Below, piece by piece: positions 8,790 through 17,181 of a DNA stretch of 64,000 nt (position 1 is the first letter of the stretch; each line of letters starts with the position of its first letter). Both the position numbers and the translations under genes were made by a program. A model generated the notes under the pieces. It had not been told where the DNA came from. It did not search any database and saw only the letters and a program-made list of their open reading frames with translations. The stretch comes from an uncultured Clostridia bacterium (GTDB lineage Bacteria; Bacillota; Clostridia; Christensenellales; UBA1242), in NCBI GenBank assembly GCA_934757825.1, contig CAKVLP010000001.1, positions 366,869-430,868 of the forward strand, written 5' to 3'.

Positions 8790-10085
8790 GTGTCGAAATT
8801 GGACGAAAAATATATGAAACGTAAAAATTGGTATCCGCTAGACAATGCGGCAAAAATATATCCACCCATCTCCAACCCGCGCAGAGCGAGTACTTTTTCC
8901 TTGACTGCTGTTTTGACAGAGGACGTAGATAAAGACACGCTTCAACAAGCTACAAACGAAATCCTAAATAGGTTTGTAAGTTTTAATGTAAAACTTAAAC
9001 GCGGAATTTTTTGGTATTATTTGGAGGAAAACAACCGCCCATTCACAGTGCAAGAAGAACCACCATTTTTCCTAAAATACATCGACCAGATTGAAAACAA
9101 CGGCTATCTATTTAGGGTGTTTTACAAGCACAACCACATCACAATGGAGGTGTTCCACTCGCTTGCCGACGGGACGGGCGCACTAGACGTGTTTAAAAGT
9201 TTGGTGTTTGAATACTTGCTGTTGTCGGGCAAAAAGGTTGAGGGCGAAAACAAAATTCTTACTTGCTTTACTCCTTATACGTCCGACGAATCCAACGACG
9301 CATTTATGAAACTTTGCGACAAAACAAAACTAAAACCAGAAAAAGAGAAAAACGCGTTTCATACCGACGGCACGCCGTTTAATTACGACGGGTGCGGAAT
9401 AATAACCGGGAAGATAAACACCGCCGAACTTAAAACGGAATGTAAAAAATACGACGCAACAATCACGGCATATTTAAGCGGGCTTTATATGTACTGCATT
9501 TACGAAAACTTTATAAAAGGCAAAAAGGTTAACAACAAACTTGTAAAACTGCTTGTACCTATAAATATGCGCAAAATCTACGACACAAAAACGCTTAGAA
9601 ACTTTGCGATGTTTTGTAGGCTTGGCCATAACTTTGAAGAAGAAATCACTTTGGACGAGTGCATTGAGATCTGCAAAAACGAATTGAAAAGCGGGCTTGA
9701 CAAGAAAAAACTTGACGCCACTGCATATAGCAACGTAAAACAAGAGAAAAACTGGTTTTTGAAAATCGTCCCATTGTTTTTAAAAGTTATTGTGCTAAGG
9801 CTTGCTTACAATTATGTGGGCGACAATCTTCACACCGCAAACGTGAGCAATTTGGGACTTGTGGATTTGCCAGAATCTATGAAGCCTTATGTGACCGACT
9901 TTGTGTTTACGCTAGCACCTAGTTATTCGTGCAAAACACACTTGGCACTTATTGGCTACGACGACCACATAACCGCAAGTTTTAGTAGGTTGTTTGTTGA
10001 AAATGATTTGGAAAAAATGTTTTTCACAACACTTACCAGCAAGGGCATTAGTGTAGAAATTAGTAGTAATTATTGGGAGAAATAA
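8790..10085 (+). CDS. condensation-domain-like / alcohol-acetyltransferase-like acyltransferase (HxxxDG motif)
   Basis: N-terminal WYPLDNAAKIYP and catalytic-type motif HSLADGTGAL (HxxxDG) about 115 aa in. Size about 430 aa fits stand-alone C-domain-like acyltransferases. GTG start at 8790, alternative ATG at 8814. No clear SD for either. Confidence 0.55.
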   Translation: MSKLDEKYMKRKNWYPLDNAAKIYPPISNPRRASTFSLTAVLTEDVDKDTLQQATNEILNRFVSFNVKLKRGIFWYYLEENNRPFTVQEEPPFFLKYIDQIENNGYLFRVFYKHNHITMEVFHSLADGTGALDVFKSLVFEYLLLSGKKVEGENKILTCFTPYTSDESNDAFMKLCDKTKLKPEKEKNAFHTDGTPFNYDGCGIITGKINTAELKTECKKYDATITAYLSGLYMYCIYENFIKGKKVNNKLVKLLVPINMRKIYDTKTLRNFAMFCRLGHNFEEEITLDECIEICKNELKSGLDKKKLDATAYSNVKQEKNWFLKIVPLFLKVIVLRLAYNYVGDNLHTANVSNLGLVDLPESMKPYVTDFVFTLAPSYSCKTHLALIGYDDHITASFSRLFVENDLEKMFFTTLTSKGISVEISSNYWEK

Positions 10086-10087
10086 AT

Positions 10088-10762
10088 ATGAAACACTGTA
10101 ACAATTGTAATGTTGATGTTAACACCGAAAGCACACATTGCCCATTGTGCTACAACAACCTTGAAAACAAAACTGGCAAGAAAACTGCACCCTTATATGA
10201 TGTTTGTGACAAAAAACCCCGTTCTGATGTCAAAAGCCACTTTGTGCTAAGACTTTTTACCCTTATTTCGCTTGTGGTGATAGTGGGGTGTGTGTTTATA
10301 AACTTTCTTGTTAAGGGGCGCCCTTGGTCGCTTATTGTAATAAGTTCGATTCTTTACTTGTGGGTTTTGATAAGACACACAATTTTGTCGCTTCGCAATA
10401 CGTTTGAAAAAGTGTTTCTTCAACTTATCTGTATTTCATTTATTCTTGTTTCCACAAGTTTTATGTCGGTCGACAAAGGCTGGTTTTTAAACTATGTTTT
10501 GCCGTCGGTGTTGTGCGGGGCAAGTTTGACACTGCTTATGGTTTTGTTTTGTAGCAGTAAAAGACGCTTGTATCTTTTCAGTTTTTTAATAATATTTTTG
10601 ATTATGATAATTGTGGGAATAATCTTTTGGTGCACAAGTCTTGCGACCTACAACTTATTATATATGATTTGCGTTGTGCTAAATTCGCTAATTGTGCTAG
10701 GAATATTCCTTATGGATTTTAAGACCGTAAAGTCAGAATTTTTAAAGAAATTTCATTTGTAA
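10088..10762 (+). CDS. zinc-ribbon plus polytopic membrane protein (DUF6320-like)
   Basis: Start moved to ATG 10088 (RBS GGGAGA, 3 nt after the upstream stop). N-terminal CNNC...CPLC zinc ribbon followed by about 5 hydrophobic helices. Confidence 0.55.
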   Translation: MKHCNNCNVDVNTESTHCPLCYNNLENKTGKKTAPLYDVCDKKPRSDVKSHFVLRLFTLISLVVIVGCVFINFLVKGRPWSLIVISSILYLWVLIRHTILSLRNTFEKVFLQLICISFILVSTSFMSVDKGWFLNYVLPSVLCGASLTLLMVLFCSSKRRLYLFSFLIIFLIMIIVGIIFWCTSLATYNLLYMICVVLNSLIVLGIFLMDFKTVKSEFLKKFHL

Positions 10763-10772
10763 AAGAGGTGTT

Positions 10773-12551
10773 ATGTTGAAAAAGAGAAGTCAGATTTCAG
10801 CGGAGTACAAGTGGGACACAACCCACATTTACAGCACATTTGAGGATTTTCAAAAGGATTTGAAAACCTTAGAAAAAGGCGCTGACGAGATAGCGTCGTT
10901 TAAGGACAAACTTGGGGATAAGGAAAGTTTAAAAAAGTACTTTAACAAAATGGAAGAACTTTCTAAGATTGGAGAAAAACTTGGCGCTTATGTTTATCTT
11001 AATCACTCCTCGGATATGGAAGACCAAAAATACGTTGGGCTTCTAAACACGCTTGGCGATATCGAAACAAAACTAAGCGTTGCGGATAGTTTTTCGGATA
11101 GCGAACTGCTTAAATTAGGCGATAAAAAAATTGACGAATACATCGCCGACCCCGATTTTAAAAACTTCAGACTCGACTTAATAGAGTTAAAACGTGGCAG
11201 AGCACACGTGCTTAACGAGGAGTTGGAGAGAGTGATTTCGGCAAGTGGTGATTTTGCGGGCGAGTTTAGCAATGTGTTTGATAACATCGACACAATCGAC
11301 GTTAAGTTTGACCCAATCACTGTGGACGGCAAAAAGTATGAGGTTAATAATAGCAATTACTCGTTATTACTTGAAAACAAAAATGCCGAAGTTAGAAACA
11401 AAGCATTCAAAAGCCTTATGGGCGGATATATGCGACTTGGCAACACGATTGCAACCACATATATCGCCAATGTGAAAAAAGACAAATTTTATAGCACGGT
11501 CTACAAGTTTGACGACACGCTTTCGCAAAGTTTGTTTGGGAATAACTTGCCAATTACGCTTTACGAAAAACTGGTTGATGAAGTAAGGCTTAATGTGAAA
11601 TATTTACACAAATACTTGCACCTTAGAAAAAAGGCGCTTGGGCTAAAAACGCTAGAACACAGCGACCTAAGAGTTGCGATTACTAAATCGCATCAGAAGC
11701 CTAAGTACTCCGAGATGTGCGATACAATTCTTAAAGCACTAGCTGTTTTGGGTGATAAATACACTTCGGTTGTGAAAAGCGCTATCAAGCAAAACTGGAT
11801 AGACGTGTATCCAACGCTTAACAAAGATACGGGCGGATATTGCTTGGGTGTGTACGGGGTTCACCCATACATTTTGCTTAACACCGTTGACAATTTGGAA
11901 AGCGAATTTACACTTATTCACGAGATGGGTCACGCAATGCACTCGTATTTTAGCGACCTTAGCCTTCCATACAACTTGTCTCAATATCCAATATTTTTAG
12001 CCGAAATAGCCAGCACCACAAATGAGGTTTTGCTACTAAAATATTTGTATAACAACGCTAAAAATAAGGACGAAAAGATTTATTTGCTAGACAAATATCT
12101 TCAAATGTTTCGCACTACAATATTTAGACAAACAATGTTTAGCGAGTTTGAGGACTTTGCTCACAAGGTGGTCGAAAAAGGCGAGCCTATGAGTAAGGAC
12201 GTGCTAGTTGAAAAGTACGCTAGCCTTGTGAAATTCTATCACGGCACCGCTGTAAAACCAAACAAAGAGATTGCTCACGAGTGGCTTAGAATTCCACATT
12301 TTTATAGAAGTTATTATGTGTTTAAATATGCTACTGGGCTAATTAGTGCAATAAGCCTTGCTAATCATATTTTAAGCGACAATAGTTTTAAAGATGACTA
12401 TATTAAGTTTTTAAGTTCGGGCGGAAGCGATTATCCGCTAGAAATTTTAAAACGTGCTGGGGTGGACTTGACTACCGCAAAACCATATGAGGACGCGTTT
12501 AAAGAAATGCGTTGGGCGCTAAGCGAACTAGAAAAAGCACTTAAAAACTAA
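10773..12551 (+). CDS. pepF: oligoendopeptidase F (M3B metallopeptidase)
   Basis: HEMGH zinc motif in FTLIHEMGHAMHSYF. Length 592 aa and overall PepF-like layout. RBS AGAGG. Confidence 0.9.
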   Translation: MLKKRSQISAEYKWDTTHIYSTFEDFQKDLKTLEKGADEIASFKDKLGDKESLKKYFNKMEELSKIGEKLGAYVYLNHSSDMEDQKYVGLLNTLGDIETKLSVADSFSDSELLKLGDKKIDEYIADPDFKNFRLDLIELKRGRAHVLNEELERVISASGDFAGEFSNVFDNIDTIDVKFDPITVDGKKYEVNNSNYSLLLENKNAEVRNKAFKSLMGGYMRLGNTIATTYIANVKKDKFYSTVYKFDDTLSQSLFGNNLPITLYEKLVDEVRLNVKYLHKYLHLRKKALGLKTLEHSDLRVAITKSHQKPKYSEMCDTILKALAVLGDKYTSVVKSAIKQNWIDVYPTLNKDTGGYCLGVYGVHPYILLNTVDNLESEFTLIHEMGHAMHSYFSDLSLPYNLSQYPIFLAEIASTTNEVLLLKYLYNNAKNKDEKIYLLDKYLQMFRTTIFRQTMFSEFEDFAHKVVEKGEPMSKDVLVEKYASLVKFYHGTAVKPNKEIAHEWLRIPHFYRSYYVFKYATGLISAISLANHILSDNSFKDDYIKFLSSGGSDYPLEILKRAGVDLTTAKPYEDAFKEMRWALSELEKALKN

Positions 12552-12587
12552 CCGATTAAAAATTTTTTCTACCCTTAAAAAAGAAAT

Positions 12588-12617
12588 TTGACAAACTTGT
12601 GTTTTACGATTTATAAT
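12588..12617 (+). promoter_or_regulatory. sigma-70-type promoter candidate
   Basis: TTGACA (12588-12593), 18-nt spacer, TATAAT (12612-12617), about 30 nt upstream of the MazG-like gene. Confidence 0.45.
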
Positions 12618-12645
12618 ATCTTAAAAACTGCAAGAGGAAGAAAAT

Positions 12646-12966
12646 ATGGATCTAAACAAAACACAAAAAAGGGTGATTGACAACAAAATTAAACACAACT
12701 TTAATACAACAGACATTCCTTTCGAATTTGCTTTGCTTCACGGCGAGGTGTCGGAGGCATTCGAAGCATATTTAAAGAAGAAAGACGATTTGGGAAGCGA
12801 ACTAGCCGATGTTGCGATATACCTACTTGGTATATCCGAACTGCTAGGGTTTTCGCTTGAAGATGAAATCAACAAAAAACTTGCAATCAATGAAAAACGA
12901 GTTTACGAAAGAGTAAACGGCGTTTTGCTAAAAAAATCACAAAATAATGGAGAAAAAAATGGCTGA
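12646..12966 (+). CDS. small MazG-like nucleotide pyrophosphohydrolase
   Basis: Single MazG-type four-helix unit: LLHGEVSEAFEAY and ELADVAIYLLGISELLG (metal-binding Glu/Asp pattern). RBS AGAGGAAG. Confidence 0.6.
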   Translation: MDLNKTQKRVIDNKIKHNFNTTDIPFEFALLHGEVSEAFEAYLKKKDDLGSELADVAIYLLGISELLGFSLEDEINKKLAINEKRVYERVNGVLLKKSQNNGEKNG

Positions 12967-13987
12967 TAAATTGAAAATTGGAATTGTCGGTGTCGGTGCT
13001 ATTGGTACAGTTTTCGCGTTGCTACTTAAAGACAAGGGCTACGATGTGGAAATAACCAAGAAAAACACAATGGGACTTACAATTGACAACTGCGTAAACT
13101 TGGAAATCAACGGCGCATTTGGCGACCGAAGTTACCTTGTGCCATATGTGCAAAACAACAAGTTTTCCAGCAAAAAAGACGTGCTTTTGATACTTACAAA
13201 ATCCTACGCGACCTTGGACGCCTACAACGACGTTAAGGAATATCTTAGCCCAAACGGCGTAATCGTTACACCGCAAAACGTGTTAAGTTATGGCAAGTTT
13301 TTGCCCGTGTTTCCAAAGGATAGATATGTCCCAATTGTAATTGATTTTAGCGCTGCAAGAGTGGACGAAAACCACGTAAACGTGTTACACGGTGGCGGAA
13401 TTCATGTGGGTGCAATCACACAAGGTTCAAATGTGTATGTGCCATTTTTAAAAGAAATTTTTTCGTGTATTAGCGATGTTAAGGTTGAGGACGATATGCT
13501 AGGATTTATCGCAAGTAGGTTTATGCTTAGCAACGCGATTTCCAGTGTGTGCGCCATCACAGGCTACAATCTTGGTAGAACACTACAATACAAAACCGCT
13601 AAAAAGTTGTTTATAGGGCTAATCAGAGAAGATGTGGAGTTGTTTAAAAAAATGGGTGTAAAGATTATGCCTTACAACGACACATTTGATTACGAGCAGT
13701 TTGTTGAAAACTCCTTTGCGGGCATTAGATATCGAAGCAAGATGTTTAGTAGGCTTATAAAACAAAACGGCGAAATGGTGAGCAGTGCCCTTCGCTCGCT
13801 AGAAAACAAACAACCTACCGAACTTGATTCGATGTGTGCTCGTGTTGTGGAACTTGGCGAGGGAGCGGGATTAACCGTGCCATACAACAAAGCAGTTGCA
13901 GAATTTTTGGACGATGTTGAAAAGGGACGTCGCGGAATATATATTGAAAACCTAGAAGACAAAAAGTTTAAAGAATTGGAGATGTAA
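12959..13987 (+). CDS. ketopantoate reductase (ApbA/PanE) family oxidoreductase
   Basis: N-terminal Rossmann motif KIGIVGVGAIGTVFALLL. Length about 340 aa. Start chosen at ATG 12959 behind GGAG at 12949-12952. The ORF-track start 12947 would sit on top of the RBS. Confidence 0.6.
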   Translation: MADKLKIGIVGVGAIGTVFALLLKDKGYDVEITKKNTMGLTIDNCVNLEINGAFGDRSYLVPYVQNNKFSSKKDVLLILTKSYATLDAYNDVKEYLSPNGVIVTPQNVLSYGKFLPVFPKDRYVPIVIDFSAARVDENHVNVLHGGGIHVGAITQGSNVYVPFLKEIFSCISDVKVEDDMLGFIASRFMLSNAISSVCAITGYNLGRTLQYKTAKKLFIGLIREDVELFKKMGVKIMPYNDTFDYEQFVENSFAGIRYRSKMFSRLIKQNGEMVSSALRSLENKQPTELDSMCARVVELGEGAGLTVPYNKAVAEFLDDVEKGRRGIYIENLEDKKFKELEM

Positions 13988-13988
13988 T

Positions 13989-14411
13989 ATGATAGTAGAT
14001 GAAATTAAAAAAGCAAATATTGAGGCGCTTAAAAATCACGACGCAAACCTAAGAAGCATTTATAGTGTTATTATGAACAAAATAATGCTAGCCGGCATCA
14101 ACGCGCGCGCCAACGACACCGAAGTGACCGATGTGGACGTTGTTAAGATTATCCAAAAGACCATTAAGGAACTTGACGAAGAGGCTGAAAACTACAAAAA
14201 AGTTGGCAATATGGAAGAGTGCAATAAAATTGGACTTCAAAGAAAAGCAATCGAAAAATACTTGCCAGCAATGCTAAGCAAAGAGAAAATTAAAGAAATT
14301 ATTATGGGCTTAGACGACAAAACAGTGCCTAGCGTTATGCGTCACTTTAAAACAAACTACGCTGGTCAGTGCGACATGAAAGAAGTTAGCGAAGTTTTAA
14401 AATCACTTTAA
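13989..14411 (+). CDS. GatB/YqeY domain protein
   Basis: 140 aa. N-terminal IKKANIEALKNHDANLRSIYSVIMNKI and helical repeat layout typical of YqeY. 1 nt after the upstream stop. Confidence 0.6.
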   Translation: MIVDEIKKANIEALKNHDANLRSIYSVIMNKIMLAGINARANDTEVTDVDVVKIIQKTIKELDEEAENYKKVGNMEECNKIGLQRKAIEKYLPAMLSKEKIKEIIMGLDDKTVPSVMRHFKTNYAGQCDMKEVSEVLKSL

Positions 14412-14463
14412 TTTAAATGTTTTATATCCACTTTACTCAAAACTTAATAAGTATTATAAAAAA

Positions 14464-14490
14464 AACAACTCCTGGTGGGGTTGTTTTTTT
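14464..14490 (+). terminator. intrinsic terminator of the MazG-like/PanE-like/YqeY operon
   Basis: AACAACTCC-tggt-GGGGTTGTT (one G-U pair) followed by TTTTT. Confidence 0.7.
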
Positions 14491-14720
14491 ACTCATTTTG
14501 TGTGAAATATGTACAATTTGTAATTGTTGTTTTAAGTTTTAAACTATGTGATTATCAAAATTTGTTTCGACAAAAAACAACATTTTCTACTTTTTACCTA
14601 AAAATTACGACTTTTTGACAATAAGTGTATACTTGTTGGAAAAGTCGAAAAACAATTTAAAAATTTTCAATATTTTTGTTTGACACCCTATTTTTGTTAT
14701 GATAGTATCGAGGTAATAAA

Positions 14721-14768
14721 GCACAATTTGTTGTAGTTGTGGCAAAACACAAACACAATATATTGATT
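14721..14768 (+). promoter_or_regulatory. tandem NrdR-box candidates upstream of nrdD
   Basis: ACACAATATATTGATT (14753-14768) matches the NrdR-box consensus acaCwAtATaTwGtgt at about 14/16. GCACAATTTGTTGTAG (14721-14736) matches about 11/16. The start-to-start distance is 32 bp, the usual phasing of paired NrdR boxes. Confidence 0.5.
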
Positions 14769-14797
14769 GCCTTTATAATATATAAGGAGAGTATGTT

Positions 14798-17179
14798 ATG
14801 ATTACTAAAATTAGAAAAAGAGATGGTAGACTTGCAGACTACGACATCACGAAGATTGAAAATGCTATCGCAAAGGCTATGATGAGCATTGGCGACGGCG
14901 AAATTAAAGACTGCAAAAAGATGGCAAAAATCACCGAACTGTATTTGACCGAAAAATTCGTTGACGCTGTTCCATCTGTTGAAGACATTCAAGATATTGT
15001 TGAAAATGTTTTGATGAAAAATGGCTACGAAGATGTTGCGAAGGCTTACATTATATATCGTAGAGACCACGAAAAAATTAGAAACATTAGCAATACTTTC
15101 CTAGATTATAAGGCGACTGTTGATAAGTATCTAAAACTTGCCGATTGGCGTGTTAAGGAAAACAGCACTGTTACTTATTCGGTGGGTGGGCTTATTTTGT
15201 CCAACAGCGGTGCAATCACAGCCAACTACTGGCTAAGCGACGTGTACGACAAGGAGATTGAGCAAGCGCACAAAAATGCCGATATTCACATTCACGACCT
15301 TAGTATGCTTACAGGCTATTGCGCTGGCTGGTCGCTAAAACAACTTATCAAAGAGGGGCTTGGCGGGGTTCCTGGCAAAATCACAAGTAGCCCAGCAAAA
15401 CATCTAAGCACTCTTTGCAACCAAATGGTTAATTTCCTTGGCATTATGCAAAACGAATGGGCTGGCGCACAGGCGTTTAGTTCGTTTGACACATATCTTG
15501 CGCCATTCGTAAAGATTGACAACCTAAGTTATAAAGAAGTAAAACAAGGGCTTCAATCCTTTATTTACGGTGTTAACACTCCAAGCCGTTGGGGAACTCA
15601 GGCGCCATTTACAAACATCACGCTTGACTGGGTTGTTCCAAACGACTTAGCCGAACTTAACGCTATTGTTGGTGGTGTTGAGCAGGATTTTAAATATAAA
15701 GACTGCGTTAAAGAAATGGCGATGATCAATAAGGCGTTTATCGAAATTATGATTGAGGGCGACGCAAACGGCAGAGGATTCCAATATCCTATCCCTACAT
15801 ATTCTATCACCAAGGATTTTGATTGGTCGGACACCGAAAATAACCGCTTGTTGTTTGAAATGACCACCAAATATGGCACACCATATTTCTCCAACTACAT
15901 CAATAGCGATATGGAACCTAGCGATGTTAGAAGTATGTGTTGTAGGTTAAGACTTGACCTTAGAGAACTTCGCAGAAAATCGGGCGGATACTTTGGAAGT
16001 GGCGAGTCGACCGGAAGCGTGGGCGTTGTTACAATCAATATGCCACGTATTGCGTACTTGTCGAAATCGGAAGAGGAGTATTTTGACCGCCTTGGCAAAA
16101 TGATGGATATTTCCGCACGAAGCCTAAAAATAAAACGTGACACAATCACAAAACTTCTTGAAAATGGATTGTATCCTTACACCAAGAGATATCTTGGAAC
16201 ATTTGCAAATCACTTCTCCACAATCGGTCTAGTTGGTATGAACGAGGCATGTTTAAACGCCGTGTGGATTGGACAAGATTTAACACACAAGGAAGCACAA
16301 GAATTTACTAAAAAGACCCTTAACTTTATGCGCGATAGACTATCGACCTATCAAGAGGAATATGGCGACCTTTATAACTTGGAAGCAACTCCTGCTGAGA
16401 GCACATCATATCGTCTTGCTAAACACGACAAAGAGCGCTGGCCAGATATCATCACTGCCAACGACGATAGCAAGGTGCCATATTACACCAATTCTAGCCA
16501 CTTGCCAGTTGGATACACCGACGATATTTTCAAAGCACTTGACGTTCAAGACGAACTTCAAACCTTGTACACTTCGGGCACGGTTTTCCACACGTTCTTG
16601 GGTCAACGCCTAGAAGACTGGAAAGCAACAATGAATTTGGTTAGAAAAATTGCTGAAAACTACAAACTTCCTTACTACACAATGAGCCCAACTTATTCGG
16701 TTTGTGCGACTCACGGCTACTTGGACGGCGAACAACACACTTGTCCACATTGTGGCGGGCCAACTGAGGTGTATAGCCGAATTACCGGATATTATAGACC
16801 GGTTGCAAACTGGAACGACGGCAAGAGCCAAGAGTTTAAGGATAGAAAAAATTACAATATCGCAACATCTAAAATGGAACATTGCCACAAAAAAGATTGC
16901 GAGTGTGCTTGCCACGAAGAGGAACATCACGTAGACGAAAAGTTTGCAAAACCAGTGTTGTTTACATCTCCAACTTGTCCAAATTGCAAAATGGCAAAAA
17001 CCATAATGACTAATGCAAAATTCGATTTCGATACGCTTGACGCTGTGGAAAACCGAGAACTTTGCGAGCGACTTGGAATTAAAAAAGCACCTACGCTTTT
17101 AATTCAAAAGGGCGATATGCAAATGATGTTTGATAATGTGAGTGACATTAAAAAATATATAGAAGGATTGAAAAAATAA
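14798..17179 (+). CDS. nrdD: anaerobic (class III) ribonucleoside-triphosphate reductase with fused C-terminal thioredoxin-fold domain
   Basis: RBS AAGGAGAG. ATP-cone-like N-terminus (ITKIRKRDGRLADYDITKIENAI). C-terminal Cys cluster VCATHG...CPHCG and glycyl-radical motif SRITGYYRPV near aa 664. Then an extra ~130 aa. Confidence 0.9.
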   Translation: MITKIRKRDGRLADYDITKIENAIAKAMMSIGDGEIKDCKKMAKITELYLTEKFVDAVPSVEDIQDIVENVLMKNGYEDVAKAYIIYRRDHEKIRNISNTFLDYKATVDKYLKLADWRVKENSTVTYSVGGLILSNSGAITANYWLSDVYDKEIEQAHKNADIHIHDLSMLTGYCAGWSLKQLIKEGLGGVPGKITSSPAKHLSTLCNQMVNFLGIMQNEWAGAQAFSSFDTYLAPFVKIDNLSYKEVKQGLQSFIYGVNTPSRWGTQAPFTNITLDWVVPNDLAELNAIVGGVEQDFKYKDCVKEMAMINKAFIEIMIEGDANGRGFQYPIPTYSITKDFDWSDTENNRLLFEMTTKYGTPYFSNYINSDMEPSDVRSMCCRLRLDLRELRRKSGGYFGSGESTGSVGVVTINMPRIAYLSKSEEEYFDRLGKMMDISARSLKIKRDTITKLLENGLYPYTKRYLGTFANHFSTIGLVGMNEACLNAVWIGQDLTHKEAQEFTKKTLNFMRDRLSTYQEEYGDLYNLEATPAESTSYRLAKHDKERWPDIITANDDSKVPYYTNSSHLPVGYTDDIFKALDVQDELQTLYTSGTVFHTFLGQRLEDWKATMNLVRKIAENYKLPYYTMSPTYSVCATHGYLDGEQHTCPHCGGPTEVYSRITGYYRPVANWNDGKSQEFKDRKNYNIATSKMEHCHKKDCECACHEEEHHVDEKFAKPVLFTSPTCPNCKMAKTIMTNAKFDFDTLDAVENRELCERLGIKKAPTLLIQKGDMQMMFDNVSDIKKYIEGLKK
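16946..17179 (+). other. thioredoxin/glutaredoxin-like CPxC domain fused to NrdD
   Basis: PVLFTSPTCPNCKMAKTIM...ELCERLGIKKAPTLLIQKGD: beta-strand, CPNC (Cys codons at 16976 and 16985), helix, then a cis-Pro-type APT loop. Preceded by the linker MEHCHKKDCECACHEEEHH (16874-16930). Confidence 0.65.
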
Positions 17180-17181
17180 TT

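Noticed and set aside
14657-15070. 137-aa minus-strand ORF spanning the nrdD promoter and 5' end.
   Set aside because: It is antisense to the conserved ATP-cone coding region and to the regulatory region, with no RBS. Judged spurious.
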